DNA of 64,000 nucleotides, from NCBI GenBank assembly GCA_964016885.1, contig OZ024740.1:348006001-348070000 (forward strand), in the 5' to 3' direction. The translations under genes were made by a program, and so were the position numbers. Shown here in pieces: positions 1-14,743 of this stretch. The DNA is from Eledone cirrhosa (Eukaryota). The notes under the pieces are model-generated. The model had not been told where the DNA came from, searched no databases, and saw nothing but the letters and a program-made list of their open reading frames with translations. Numbering within the stretch: position 1 is the stretch's first letter; each line of letters starts with the position of its first letter.

Positions 1-360
1 GTATTGCAACTTGCTCAACATGCGCTTTGCACGGCTCGCAGCCTGGACTCAGACTGGCTCACGCACCAGCTCGGCCAGCACCACTTTGCCTGTTTTCGTG
101 TGGCCTCCAAACCCCACAGTGGTGCCTGGTTCCATGCCTTGCCCTCCTTCTCCCCTGGCACGCAGCTGGATAACGATAGCCTGCGCATCGGCGTTTCCTT
201 GAGGCTTGGACTCCAGATCTGCGAGCTAAACAAATGTTGCTGTGGATCCACCGTGGACTCTTTCGGCCTCCACCCGCTTTCCTGACACCACAGTGCCGGC
301 CGCCTTCCACGCCATGCTTCCCTCAACGAGGTAATAAAGCATGGCTTGGACGCTGCAGGC
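1..360 (+). pseudogene. CRE-like non-LTR retrotransposon fragment (zinc-knuckle region preceding an RLE endonuclease), disrupted
   Basis: Reads SGAWFHALP..LDNDSLRIGVSLRLG..CCCGSTVDSFGLHPLS*HHSAGRLPRHASLNEVIKHGLDAAG. This is a CxC..H..C knuckle plus an RH motif, with TGA at 283-285 replacing the last Cys. The GC-rich block ends abruptly at about 360. Confidence 0.75.
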
Positions 361-2809
361 GTTATTGATTTTCTATTTTTTCTTATCGATACTTGTCTGC
401 AACTTTCTTCAAATGTTCTACGTGTCGTTTCCTTTACTAGGTTAGTCTAATGTCTATCATTATTTATCTGAAAAGAAATGATGAACAGGACAAGTTAGAA
501 AAAAGTTAGTACTATTAAAATGTGTATCCGCAACGAACTATAAACCCTATAAAAAGATTTTCAACCCATCATATTTTCAGACAAACTAGATATATGACTA
601 TTCTATTCATTTGGCTGGGATGATATGCAGAGATTTTAACTGTTCTATCTATCAGATTGGGTAATTAGATAATGTTTCTTTTATTGGTTCTTATACTGAT
701 GTCTCTGTGTACATGCCAGTGTAGAGAAAACTTAATTAGTTTTACTATTGAAAACCCTGTTTATGCGCTTATAACAACATTGATTCCGTTAGGTTCTTCT
801 ATATGAGAAATGTATTTGCATAGACATATCCGTATGTTTAACAAATATATATTTATTGTCAGCGTGTTTTGCAGCTTTTAATGAAGATCTTTCGTTACAT
901 ATTTATCAGAGATCAGTTGTCTCTCCCTTCCAACGCAGGCGAACATATTTATTGTACATTAGTTAGAGGAAGATATAAACAAGATTGTTCCAAACATACG
1001 AAAATGTAAATAATGATACAAAGTTGAAAACTGAGCTGTCAACCTTGTATTGCTAACTATATAACATAGGATGTAAATATATATATCTATACGGATCTAC
1101 AATACGTACGATAGATTTGTATGTTGAGTGACGTCGAGTAAGAGGCATACGGTGACCAATGCTACCTTGAAGCCAATTCACGTCTCTTTTCCATTAAATA
1201 TTTGTAAAGACATGAGCATCACAGTGTCTTGTTTCTATCCCCCAACAATAACTTCTGTACCCTACTAAATAAAAAGCACCCAGTTTGAATAAACTGAGAA
1301 AGGATCTTCTACGTGGCTGCTCAACCTGAGAGGATTAGGGAAGATATCCCTTTCAAATCACGCCGTGTCACTAAAAAAATGAAGAGACCAGGCCGGCGCC
1401 ACCTTTAGGCTATCTAGGCAACCTCGGGCAGGGAACTCAGAAAGGCACATTACTTAACCTGAATATGTCACAGTTATATACAAATCTACGTAATTGAATT
1501 AAATACGTAATAATTTTCTTTGGTCGATAAATATATCAATAAACTTAGTTGACGTATAAAAGTATAGTAAACATATTCAAATTATTAGAGAGAGAAGTGC
1601 CGTGCTGTAGCATGGTTCGGGGAGGGCGAATGATGTCTATGTAATAGAAACTGCAGTCTTAGTACTTTTCATTGTGTGCTCAGAGTAAGAAACGTAAAAA
1701 ACTAGGATTATTTGTTTCTATTTTACCATGATAGCCCAATTCATGCTGGTTTAGAACAAGAGTTAATTAACTTGATAGGTAGTTTATTTTATCAACTTTC
1801 GAAGAAAATGTTGATCTCGGCAGGACTTCAAATCAGAACATAAAAAAGATGGAACAACTATCGCAAAGCATTTTTTCTGAGATGTGTACGTATCTGCTAA
1901 TCCATCACTTACGAACTATAATAGATGATTTATAAATTCCTGGCTTACTTTCTGATATTCTAAGGTACATTCTTTCTGATATTCTAGTGTACCTCAGTTG
2001 CAAATCAACCTGCTAAAAACGTCTTTAAATTTCTTTCCTATTTTCAACTTTCGTGTGATAACGACATAGTGTGAAATTTGTCTGGGAAATAGTATTTTGA
2101 TATCCTCCCCCTTACCTCTCATTCCTTCTCATGGTGTTAAGAAGATGTTTAATTGTAGAGCAGCAGCTATCTGACTGTTTATCTATTTATCTTCACACTA
2201 TAAAAACAATAACTAGTTATTTCTCTATCTCATCTGTCTCTCTCACACTCTCTCCCTCTATCCATCTCTCTATCAATCTAACTATCTGTCGATGTATTTA
2301 CCTCTCTTTCTCTCTATCTATCTACATATCTATCTATCTATAGAAGGACCTATCTATTTATTTACTTAACTGTCTATATATCTACCTATCTATCAGTCTA
2401 TCTCTCCCTCGATTTTTCAAGCGATCTGTCTGTCGATTTAACTTTCAGTCGTCGCCATTGAGTGTATGTATATTTGAAAATGATTAAAGCAAATATGGAT
2501 GAAAATTAATGCAAGTTGTTTCAATGAATGTAAAATACGACGATGTCAGTGTGACAGGAGGGAAAAGATCAAGTTTTAAGCATTTTTACCGAAAATGTTC
2601 TAATAAAGAAATTATTTTTGACGGGTTTCAAGCTAGTTTATATATAATACAAGATACACTGAGCCTGAAAATTATAACAGAATGATGACGACGTGAATGT
2701 TTTTCATTATAGATGAGCTGGATTATAAATTAAATGGTGATGCAAAATGTTGTAATTGTGATACTTGGCGTATTGGATGGGCGTCAGAAAACATGTCATT
2801 ATTACATTT

Positions 2810-2898
2810 GACTTTGCCTTTCATCCTTACGGGGTCGATAAAATAAAGTACCAGTAATGCACTGGGTAATTGCTGGCCTTGTGCCTAAAGTAGAAACA
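2810..2898 (+). mobile_element. 5'-truncated tRNA-derived SINE (family S1) with 12-bp TSD
   Basis: Body gactttgcctttcatccttacggggtcgataaaataaagtaccagt..gtgcctaaagtagaaac, flanked by attattacattt at 2798-2809 and 2899-2910. Confidence 0.85.
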
Positions 2899-3307
2899 AT
2901 TATTACATTTAATTACATAACGATACTTTAATTACATAAGGATACTTTCTAAATTCATATGATATTTGTTTACGCTATGCCTTTTAACTTTGCATCAATT
3001 TCATAATTTCTCCCTCTATAAAAATATGTTACCTAGTGTTAATGTTTAGGGAAATATAATATTGTGTATGATTATATTATTCGAAGCAAGCGAAATGATA
3101 TACTTGCAAACAAGAAATACACCAGCAAACAAGAAATATATGCTCTTCATTGAACAGTAATTCTCATTATAGCTATAATGCAATTCAAGTTAAACTGAAA
3201 AATAAAAACTTTAAAATATTAATATGGTTTTGCAGGTTATATTTATTTAATGCTTCAATAAATGTAACTAATATTCATATATACATATTCATAAACATAT
3301 ACACATA

Positions 3308-4045
<738 letters not shown>

Positions 4046-4149
4046 AATGAAGTTTAAAGAAGTTATCCGTGTATAATCTGTTTACATACGGCCGCCATCT
4101 ACTCACTCGTATGTTGTAAATACGAATATATATTACTCAGATTGAACAC

Positions 4150-4556
4150 TACTCGTTAGTAGATAAACGGCTTAGTGATGGTACAACATGCATTGGGTCA
4201 CGGAGATTACGGGTGCGCCTAAAGGCGGTGAGAGTTGGGTGAGGAAAGAAGGGAGAAACGTCCTAAACGAGAGTTCGGAAGCAATAAAAGGATATGGTGC
4301 CGCAGAGGTAGGGCTGAGGGTGTAAAAGGACGGCGGGTGTTTTTTTTTGGGGGGGGGGGGGTTAGTCTTTGGGTAAAAGCGCTGAAGCGGTCAATATCAC
4401 AGGCGCGGGTAAGAGCAGTTTGGAACAATTAGGAAGATATCATCACTGGATGAAACGAGAAGCCATGCATTGAGACTAGGTCTCGAAGTTATGACCCTGG
4501 CTCCAGAGCCGACGAGGTTTGGAGAGTTTGGTGAAGGGAGGGATAGTGGGACGTCA
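4150..4556 (-). pseudogene. Degenerate Neptune-type Penelope-like element fragment (thumb/linker region)
   Basis: The minus strand gives FQTALTRACDIDR..PSALPLRHHILL, homologous to ALTRARAIPR..TLPLHRTIRR in the PLE at about 20040-20190. Frameshifted. Confidence 0.6.
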
Positions 4557-5604
4557 TATTCATATATTTATTTTACTATTCTTTACCATGTATTTTGTGT
4601 AATTCTAATGCATAATGGATAAAAAAAATATGAAACAAATATTTTAGACAAATAACTTTAATTTAAAGCAAGACAACTTTCAAGATTCCATTTAAATATT
4701 TTCGAATTATTCATGATGTGAAAGGGGAAAATAACAATATCTTCAGCAAATAAGAAAATAATTAGCAATTTCATACTTAACCACCACTCAATGATGGAAT
4801 TATATTTGCATATATTAATCAATATAATTTACATAACATTTATAAGTGGGAATCTAAAAGACGACTGTAGGATGGAATAGCTGAATGAGTTTGGTATTGG
4901 ACCTCCAATAACTAATTCAAATACAGTTCTATTAATTTATGTTATTGTTGTTAGTATTTAGTCTCAGTTTAGTCCAGATAGCAAACCTACGATTAAATGT
5001 TTGTCAGGTTTATTTTCAATATCAATGTATTTAGAACTGGATTATTTAATGTTAGTTTTAAGGTGGCACTGGAAAATGTTGATTGTTATATTTAGCGGAG
5101 TCCATCTTGGCTTTTGTTTCATTGTGTCTTATTGTACTTGTAGGTAAGATAATTCATTTAACATTTCTACAATTACAGTGCTATCGGGAATGAATACCGA
5201 GGCTGTCGAGAAAGGTACACGAAACAGAGTAAAGTCCTTTAATCCACAAGACGCTGGCGAAATGTGAGTTAAGCACTGACATTACAAGATCCACAAACTT
5301 ATTAGCAAATGACTGAAAGGACTTCTTGGATTTAATGCCATAAGGCGTTTTGCCGATCGGTTTATAGAGTCTACCTTTTGCCCCCATACAAAGTCATAAT
5401 GATTTCTAGCATGCATACGAGGCTATTAATTTTGCGATTAAATCTTATCAGTTATTAAAAATGATCGATGCCAGAAGGATGAAAGGCAAAGTCTACTTCG
5501 GCAATAATCGAACAATTCGAAAAAGGTCATAGCTAAATATCAAAAGGATATTCTGACAGATGCTCTAATGATTCTGCCGACACACCACTATATGAAATAA
5601 TATT

Positions 5605-5819
5605 GGTTTTTGATTTAGGCACAAAGCGAAACATTTTGGGCGAGGACAAATTTGAATAAATCGATCCCAGTGCGTTACTGGTACTTTAATTTAATCGAAC
5701 ACGTACGGATGAAAGGCAAAACTAACCACGGCAAGCTTTGAACTTAGAACGTAAATGGACATAATTATATACCGCAAAACATGTTCGACACTCTGCCGAT
5801 ACTGCCAATCCGCCGCCCT
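5605..5819 (-). mobile_element. Diverged tRNA-derived SINE (S1-related)
   Basis: ggcacaa..actggtacttt..ggatgaaaggcaaa..tttgaactt..ctgccaatccgccgccc is the reverse complement of the SINE head, core and tail. Confidence 0.75.
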
Positions 5820-7042
5820 GATAATAATAGCAATATTAATAGTAATTTCAACTTTATAAGCAGTCCTGAAGAGGAATAAATTTCGATAAATCGTTTGTAT
5901 ATAATGGAGTTTAAAAGTATTATATGATATATAATGGTACTACCTATACGACTAAGCATAATATAAAACAAATATATGATCAGACAGAGGAGACGAATGG
6001 CAGAGAGGAACCAAAGAACAAACATAAAAGAGAGGAAGAGAAATGCTATTGAGAGAATTGACTTTGATCATATGTCTGTTTGATTGAACGTCATTCCATA
6101 ATTGATAGAGCTGGAGAGAAAAAAGTAAGAGAGAATGTTTCTCGCCTGAAATACAAAAGTTTAACCAAGCATAACGTTGTCAGTTTCCTTTTATGCATTT
6201 AAACAATGCATTGCTGTACCAAATTGGATATACTATATATCTTATCTAACATGTAGATATATTATTATACTACTAATATATCAATAATTTTGGGAAATCG
6301 TTAGAGTGTCGGTTAACATATTTTAAAACAATTATTTTCTTCTCGTCGAAGTTCTCAACCTACCAACAATTTCGTCTTTTTTCCTGTGAGATCGAACTAT
6401 TAGTAGGTTTGATCGGAAGGATCCTCCGACAGCTTTGATGAACTGAACATCCTTCTCGTGAATTAATGTGTTACGCATTGAGTCTTCCCTAGAAAAGTAC
6501 TTCTCAGGCAGAGAGAGCATCAATTTCACCCGAAGGCCTTTCATACTGCTTCCGGCTCACAAGATTTGCGTCGACAAGGATCTATGCTAAAATCACCCGT
6601 TGAAGATAGCGCAGCGAGCAGTCAAATCCAGAGAATTTCATGATTGCAAAACGAATTCATTAGTCTCTCAATCCAGCCGGTTTCCTCAACTGTTGATTTA
6701 ACGCCAGTACCCTACAACAAAAGTTGTGACCTAATTCCTAATTTTGTGATTAAAAAAAAAAAAGAAATATTACGATGCTTAAGTTTTGCCATGTGGCAAA
6801 CTCAGAGTAAATATCAGACTGATAACTTGTGACCGAAACTTGTTTTGTGTCCCAAGTTACTTGATTGTTGTACTGTTACTGATTTATTTTATTGGACTGC
6901 TGCTAAATTCAAGCATGTTTCAACGGTTTATTCGGTCATATCAACCGCCTCAATTTATTCCATTTATGTCTGGTAATTATTACACCAATCTCTACTTGTC
7001 GAACTGCTTGTTACAGAGCAGAATCAAACAACAACCATTATT

Positions 7043-7223
7043 TTGGCAGTATGGGTAGAGAGTCGGATGCCATGCTTTCCAGCATAGTTACGTCCCTTTA
7101 CGATCTGAGTTCAAATCCCGCCGAGGTTGACTTTTCCTTTCATCCTTATGGTGTCGATAAAATAAAGTACCAGTAATGCACTGGGTAATTGCTGGCCTTG
7201 TGCCTAAAGTAGAAACAATTATT
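7043..7223 (+). mobile_element. tRNA-derived SINE S1, near full length
   Basis: A-box-like tggcagtatgggtagag, B-box gagttcaaatccc, core cctttcatcc..gtcgataaaataaagtacc, ATT tail. Confidence 0.85.
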
Positions 7224-7256
7224 AAACTGTACAGATGTAAACACAGTCAAGCATAT

Positions 7257-7293
<37 letters not shown>

Positions 7294-7296
7294 ATA

Positions 7297-7410
7297 TAAA
7301 ACAAGGACGAGTGGTTACTCCTTCATTATGTTTATTGGTTGGTGACGCGCGTTTCGCCACCGATCAGCTCAAGGTTTGATCTGTATCGATCTACCCTGAC
7401 TCTGTAATAA
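7297..7410 (-). mobile_element. PLE pLTR stub, family E (GAAA-CGCGCG-TC hammerhead 3' half)
   Basis: The reverse complement matches 18087-18190 (cagagtc..agatcgata..ccttgagctgatc..gcgaaacgcgcgtca). Borders a TA/TG microsatellite. Confidence 0.6.
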
Positions 7411-7792
7411 ACGACTCGTGGGACCCTTTTTGGTGGTAATGAATATACATGGCGTACGAGAAAGTCTAATGTTCATATGCTGGTCAGTGAAATTTGTTTT
7501 GATTGGTGGGTTAATTCTAAAGAATGTTTTCACCTGTAGGGTACACTCCCTGGATATCCCCCCCCCCCCCACACACACATTTATATATATATATGTGTGT
7601 GTGTCGTATATATATATATATATATATATACGACACCTTCTCGCATAGATTCCGTCTACCAAATTTCTCTCTCTTGTTATTGCGAAATGAGAGACCATCG
7701 GGGAAAAAACTTATCTATCGTACAATGCAGCCGGATGGGAACTAAAACCACTTGTTTGCGAAGTAAACTTCCCACCTACAGGGACATGACTG

Positions 7793-7827
<35 letters not shown>

Positions 7828-8111
7828 TTAGTTATTTTCCATACCATGTTAGGAACAATAACATCATTGAATGCTGATACTAACAGGATATTTTCATATC
7901 CATTATATTTACGATCGTAAAAGTGAAAAAAGATTTGAATGACAGGAGATAGAACAAATATTACAAAAGATTTCGTTCGAATGCGACGTTTTATTGGTTT
8001 TCTCTTCGAAGGAAATATACCCCTCCCCACACAACCACACTGACAAACACTAACAAGCACACACATAAGCACACACACACACACTCCATTGATCTTTCTC
8101 ACTTACATCAA

Positions 8112-8154
<43 letters not shown>

Positions 8155-8171
8155 TAGATATAGATATATAT

Positions 8172-8475
<304 letters not shown>

Positions 8476-8749
8476 CGGCGATGAATTAGTTTTGCGAGGT
8501 TTTTTATATGAAATCGTGTGTCGAAACAAATATTGTTATACTTGGGTAGGGTCATATTTGTGTAATATTGCCAGAATTAATAACAGAACACAGTCACTGT
8601 TTGGTTGGTTTTTCACTTTTTGCTTCTGTGTCTTTTATATCGGTAATCTAATTTATTTGGTCCTCAATGTTGTGTGTATGTGTGTGTGTGTGTATATATA
8701 TATATAGAGAGAGATAGATATATGGGTGGGTGTATGTGTGTGTGTGTGC

Positions 8750-9200
8750 AGGGTATTGATTTTTCAAAATATGGAGTTTTGTTAAAAAACTGTTGTCGCG
8801 TGTTTAACGGATTCATCTATCGACAGTATTCATCATGTAGGTCACCCTGTTGCCCTCCTTTGACATGGTAATTCGAGCATGTCTGTTGATCACGGCGAAA
8901 GAGTTTGAGTGTTGGACAAGACTGAAATGATTGAAGACACATACTATTTTTCCGTCAAGCTATCACTGGCCTTTTAAAGTGTCACTTGGAAAGAAAGATG
9001 AGGCTGGAGGGAAGGGGGTGTGCTCTCCTCCAGTAAATTTATTAAAAGGTGGGTGAAATTAGGGAAAATAGAAAGAGTGAGTGGAGCAACTCTCAGCTTG
9101 TGCCTGTAGGTCCAACAACGAAAGGACACTTGCCTTTGGTAGTCAGGGGGGTTCCAGAGGTTGTAAATAGGCCTTTGCATTCAGCTCTCTATAACAGAAG
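8750..9200 (+). pseudogene. Degenerate L1/Tx1-clade LINE 3' fragment
   Basis: Remnant peptide ITAKEFECWTRLK*LKT..FKCHLERKMRLE..FIKRWVKL resembles Tx1-type ORF2 C-termini. Frameshifted. Confidence 0.45.
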
Positions 9201-9901
9201 ATCGGAATATGTAATATCTTTGTGAAGTTTATAACTAGAATACAATGAATATTTGATACCTGGTGATAGTTCCGTGGAAAAGTCGTATATCTGAGTTTAT
9301 AATTCTCATTCTTTGCATTATGACGCTTTGGAATGTTTAAATATTAAAACTTTTTTATACCTGGGTAGAAGGAAGTAAGGTTGGAGCTATCTCTAAATTC
9401 TATTTAGCGACTTAATTGTTTAACAACATTTCATCTTTTGGTTTACTCGCCGTAAATAATTTTAAACTCTTTTTTGAATATTCAGTAAATATGAATATGA
9501 ATCTAAAATATCAGAAGGACTATGTCTAAAAAAGCAAATACATATTTTCATTACCTTGAAAAGATGGCAATTTTACAAATGTCAACCAACAATAAAGATA
9601 TTAAAAACGATGGCATTTTTCTTTTGTCGTACAAAGAAAAAAAAACGGTATCAATTCTCTGACAAAAATAGAAATTAAATAAATAAACTCATAACGATGG
9701 ACATATATCATTGATTTTTTTGCCTCCTTGCATGGATTATAAAGATGATACACCTGAGTGTGCCTCTTATACCTAAATACAACGAGTCAAAGTGGCAGAT
9801 ATGTTCTCTTCTTACAAAATCTCCTAAGTGAAGCATAATCTAATCAGTCGATAAGATGGACGATCAATATATAATGACATATTTCTATTATGCGGGTAAC
9901 A

Positions 9902-9932
<31 letters not shown>

Positions 9933-9972
9933 TGTATGTATGTATGTACGTATGTATGTATGTATGTATGTA

Positions 9973-10440
9973 GAAAGGGCGGAAGAAATCGTAAGGGACA
10001 ACGGCCATCCAAAAGTGTGTAAATATGCATATACACATGTACATATGTATGTATATGTCTATACACATGGGTGCATGTGTATGTATATGCGCGAGGACAT
10101 AGAAATAGTCAGGCTGGACACCCGATCGCGCGGTTAAACCATTGGGAGTGAAGGAGCACTAGCCTTTGTCAGGGCATTCTTCTAGGAGAAGGCAACTCAG
10201 GAAACTGGGATAACTCCGATATTAAACCTGGGGCTCAGTAGTTACCGATGATGTTGATCTTTTGTTCTTTTCGGGTTATAGCTACTGTCGCTCAGAGAGT
10301 GGGATTGGCTCGGTGCACAGTCTTTCCTCACTTTAAAAAATATCTTCACGCACAGGCATTGCACGATAGAATTAATTAATAATTATTAATAATGGTATAT
10401 CGTGCAATGGCCATACTCGATAACGAGGAGGCAACCATCA
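9973..10440 (+). mobile_element. Non-autonomous RTE-derived element, family F (5'-truncated)
   Basis: Highly similar to 42569-42914 and 55345-55961. Ends gtgcaatggccatactcgataacgag..gcaaccatca, preceded by (TATG)n. Confidence 0.85.
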
Positions 10441-10461
10441 TATATATATATATATATATAT

Positions 10462-10651
<190 letters not shown>

Positions 10652-11400
10652 GTATGTATATATATATATGTATGTATATATATATATGTATGTATATATA
10701 TATATGTATGTATATATATATATGTATGTATATATATATGTATATATATATATATGTATATATATATATGTATATGTATATATGTATATGTATATATGTA
10801 TATGTATATGTATATATCTATATATATATATGTATATATATATGTATATATATACAAATATATTACACAAAGAGAAGTGTGTTACACAGTGAGATGTGTG
10901 TAAAGAATTATTACAGGTGATTTTTACCGTTACTGTATAGAGAACAATATCTACAGATTAGAAATTAAATAGAAAAAAACTAAGTCAGAATCAAATCTCT
11001 GAAGTAGAGTTTTAAATTACCAACCTTATAACTATAAGCTTGCTGATACGAATCTAGTTCGTTTCGCCACAGAAATGTGCAGTTTAACAGCCCACAGGTT
11101 CCTCAGTCAGCAAGTGTGGATTCTGTTCACGACACATCGAACCTCATGGATAGAGAGAAAGCTAATATACACGCTGCCCAGAGTAAGGCGAAATCACGTG
11201 TTATTTTCATCAAATAACGGCTCTCATGGATTGGGGAAAATGCTAGAGGGCGCAGCCCAACCATTCGAATTTATTAGCTCAACAATTTGGAGTTCGTTAA
11301 TATATTTGTATTTGAGCTCAGAAGAAAATTCTCTATTCTTCTTTGAGCTAATATTATTATTACTGTGAGCTGCGGAATACACTTAATTCCGATCCTTGTA

Positions 11401-11485
<85 letters not shown>

Positions 11486-11591
11486 AGTAAGTATGTTTTG
11501 AAACAGTGAGCGAGTTTTAAATTAGAAATATAACCTTTCACCGTATTTTTGACTAAAGAAATTTCAGGCTAAAACATTTCTTTAGTGAAAT

Positions 11592-11601
11592 GTATATATA
11601 C

Positions 11602-11694
<93 letters not shown>

Positions 11695-14141
11695 TATATA
11701 TATATGATGGCTGCCCCCTCGTTATCGAGTATGGCCATTGCACGAGAAAAAAAAATATATACACATATATATATAATAATATACATATATATATATACAT
11801 ATATATTAATAACAATAATAATAATAATAATAACAACAATAATAATAACGACAACAACAACAATAATAATATACATATATATATATATATACACACACAC
11901 GCACACACATAAATATATCTATACACGCACACACGATAGCAACTAACAGCGCTGCGATCGAATGTGGCTTTTTAGCCCAGCCAATGATCTAAAATGTCTT
12001 GCACAGAGTCGGCAACCAACACATTCACTAGGAATAGCCGGCTGTGGTTGGAGTTCATGTACTTTTGCATGTCGCTTGAGCCCTCCTGCTGATTTACATT
12101 CTCTACCACATGCTTGGCAAGCATGGAGCATCTCCAACAGCAGGCTGGTAGTCAACCACTGGTCTTACTTTATGACTGCGAAGATGACTTTCGAGTCCTG
12201 CTTTGCTTAGGCAGATTCTCGCACAGACGCTGCACGTCAGCACCATAGGAAGACCCTCTCCGTCTGGAAGTGCAACAGTAATGCCCTTCCTCACATCCCG
12301 CTTTACTTTGTCGTATGCGATTCGAGATGCTTCAAAGGCAACTTTTCCCTCATATACAGTCTTTCTCCATTTATTACGATCAGCAGCAATATTTTCCCAT
12401 GTATCAGCAGAGATGTTAGCGTCTTTCAAAGAGGCTTTCAAGGAATCCTTATACCTCTTTTTTGGTTTATGTGGCGGTCGTTTTCCTTTAACTAACTCTC
12501 CATAAAAGAGTTGTTTTGGTATTCTAGAATACTTCATCCTGGCAAGGTGACCACTCCAACTGAGTCGTTGCTTAAGCACAAGAGCTTCTATACTGTCACA
12601 CATAGAGCTTTCCAAAATCTCGATATCACTGACGTGGTCCCTCCAGTGAACGCCATGGATCCGTCTGAGACACATCTGATGGAAACGCTCCAATTGCTTA
12701 AGGTGGTGTCGATATGTGACCCAGGTCTTGCAAGCATAAAGAAGAGAAGAGAGCACACATGCCTTGTACACCTTTACCTTTGTCTTCTTGTATATGTCTC
12801 GCCGACCCCAGAGTCGTCTTTCTAGCTTTCCGAAAGCATCACTTGATTTCCTAATCCCAAGTGAGATTTCACTATCAAGGTTGCTGTATAGATTGACAGT
12901 GCTTCCCAGGTAGACAAACTGATCAACCACTCCAAGTCGTTTACCATACACATAGATATTTGGTTCACTGTACTGCTTACCAGGGGCAGGTTGGTACATG
13001 ACGACGGTTTTCTTGAGACTGACAATCAATCCTAGGGCAATGCAAGCGTCAGAAAATGCATTCAAAATGTGCTGCATATCACTCTCTGTGTGCGCTACAA
13101 GATCGCAATCATCTGCATACAAGAGGTCTCTTATGATTGATGTAAATACTTTTGTCTTTGCAGCAAAGCGACTGATGTTAAATATGCTGCCTGAGGCTCG
13201 ATATTGGATGTAAACACCATGCTCGCAATTCCTGAATGCAATACAGAAAAACATTGTAAAGTAGATGGCAAACAGGGTCGGTGCTGGAATATCCCCCCGT
13301 TTCACTCCATTCTTTACTGAGATAGGCTCCGACATGTTACCTCCGACATTAACCCAAGCCTTCATGTCGTCATGGAAAGACCTAACTAAAGCAAGGAACT
13401 TATCAGGGCAACCAAGTTTCTGGAGAACTTTCCATAATGCATTTCTGTTAAAAGTATCGAAAGCTTTTATCAGATCGACAAAATCCTGATACAAATCCAA
13501 ACCTTGTTCCATGCACTTCTCCTGGAGCTGTCTAGCTGAGAAGATCATATCAGTAGTGCCGCGTCCAGCACGAAAACCAGATTGACTTTCAGGAAGAACA
13601 CAATCTGCAATGTGTGTCAGCAGACGGTCCAGAAGCACCCTACATAAAACTTTCCCTACGACAGAAAGCAATGATATATCTCTGTAGTTTCAACAATCAT
13701 TCCTGTTACCCTTTCCCTGTACAAGACCACCATTACTGCATCTCTCCAGTCCTCAGGTACGGATTCATTAGCCCATATCCTGCCAAACAAAGAGTGAAGA
13801 TGTTCCAGGAGTCTCTCACCACCATATTGTAGGAGCTCAGCATATATGCCATCCATACCTGGAGACCTTTCACTGTTCAGCTTCGAGATAGCCACTGCAA
13901 CCTCCACAAGCGTAGGAGGTTCTCCGAGAGCTACTTTCATAGGACTTTCTGGAATGAGATTGAGGAAATCTTCATTGACGACAGACGGCTGATTCAAAGA
14001 ATCATCAAAGTGCTCTCGCAACCTTCGTAGAATTCCCTGTGAGTCACGAAGAAGTTCTTTGCCATCCTTGCTGCGAAACGGTGTCACCAGAGAAGAAGAC
14101 GGTCCATAAACCTCACGCAAAAGACTGTACAACAGCTTTGT
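11592..14141 (-). mobile_element. 5'-truncated RTE-clade LINE with 16-bp TSD
   Basis: RT ORF pieces, a microsatellite-rich 3' UTR and terminus ctcgtgcaatggccatactcgataacgagggggcagccatcat(AT)n at 11704-11746. TSD atttctttagtgaaat at 11576-11591 and 14147-14162. Confidence 0.9.
11943..14141 (-). pseudogene. RTE ORF2 (reverse transcriptase plus three C-terminal C2H2-like zinc fingers), frameshifted
   Basis: RT motifs SPGMDGI, QSGFRAGRGTTDMIF, FVDLIKAFD, GVKRGD..PTLF, LLYADDC, FVYLGS and LSWSGH. Fingers CSVC..H..H, CQAC..H..H and CRLC..H. Split across three frames (13656-14141, 12103-13671, 11943-12155). Confidence 0.92.
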
Positions 14142-14182
14142 AAAAAATTTCTTTAGTGAAATATATATATACATATATATAT

Positions 14183-14397
14183 ATGATGGCTGCCAACTCA
14201 TTTTCGAGTACGGCCACTACTTTATATCCATGTAGGAGAACCCCTACCGATGCGCTGAACGAGTGTGAAATTTTAGTCCAGCCAGCGACTTGAAAACTCT
14301 GGTACAAACACTACACTTGCGACAATTATTGACACATAGTGCTGGGCCCATGGTACCATGTGACGACAAGTGCAGAGAGATCTCCATATATAAAGCA
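14183..14397 (-). mobile_element. Non-autonomous RTE-derived element, family G (3' part)
   Basis: Reverse complement of about 42340-42555. Carries [25 protein letters not shown]. Confidence 0.85.
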
Positions 14398-14467
14398 TAC
14401 ATACATACATATACATACACACTCACCACATATATATATATATATATATATCTGTGTGTGTGTGTGT

Positions 14468-14499
<32 letters not shown>

Positions 14500-14743
14500 C
14501 GAGAGAGCGAGAGAGAGAGAGAAAGACCTAGGAGATAGTGGTAGCAATTATAAATATCGGCAATATGACAACGAGATAATACTCCAAGGAGACGTTCTCC
14601 ATGTTAAATACTCATGCGGTCATGTCTTAGATATCTAACATAGTGAGTTGAAAAGTTCAATTAACTAAGTTTATCCAATCAACCATTAGACAGATATGTG
14701 GTCAATTCTATTTTTGTACTGATTGCAAAGTCTGCACTTCATG

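Noticed and set aside
283-285. TGA at a conserved Cys as selenocysteine or readthrough
   Set aside because: It is a single-base change in a truncated, decayed element, with no supporting SECIS seen.
5864-5900. ctgaagaggaataaatttcgata hammerhead-like string
   Set aside because: GAAA is absent and no stem I partner is evident.
7043-7125. tRNA genes (A/B boxes in several places)
   Set aside because: No cloverleaf; the boxes belong to SINE heads followed by the SINE core and tail.
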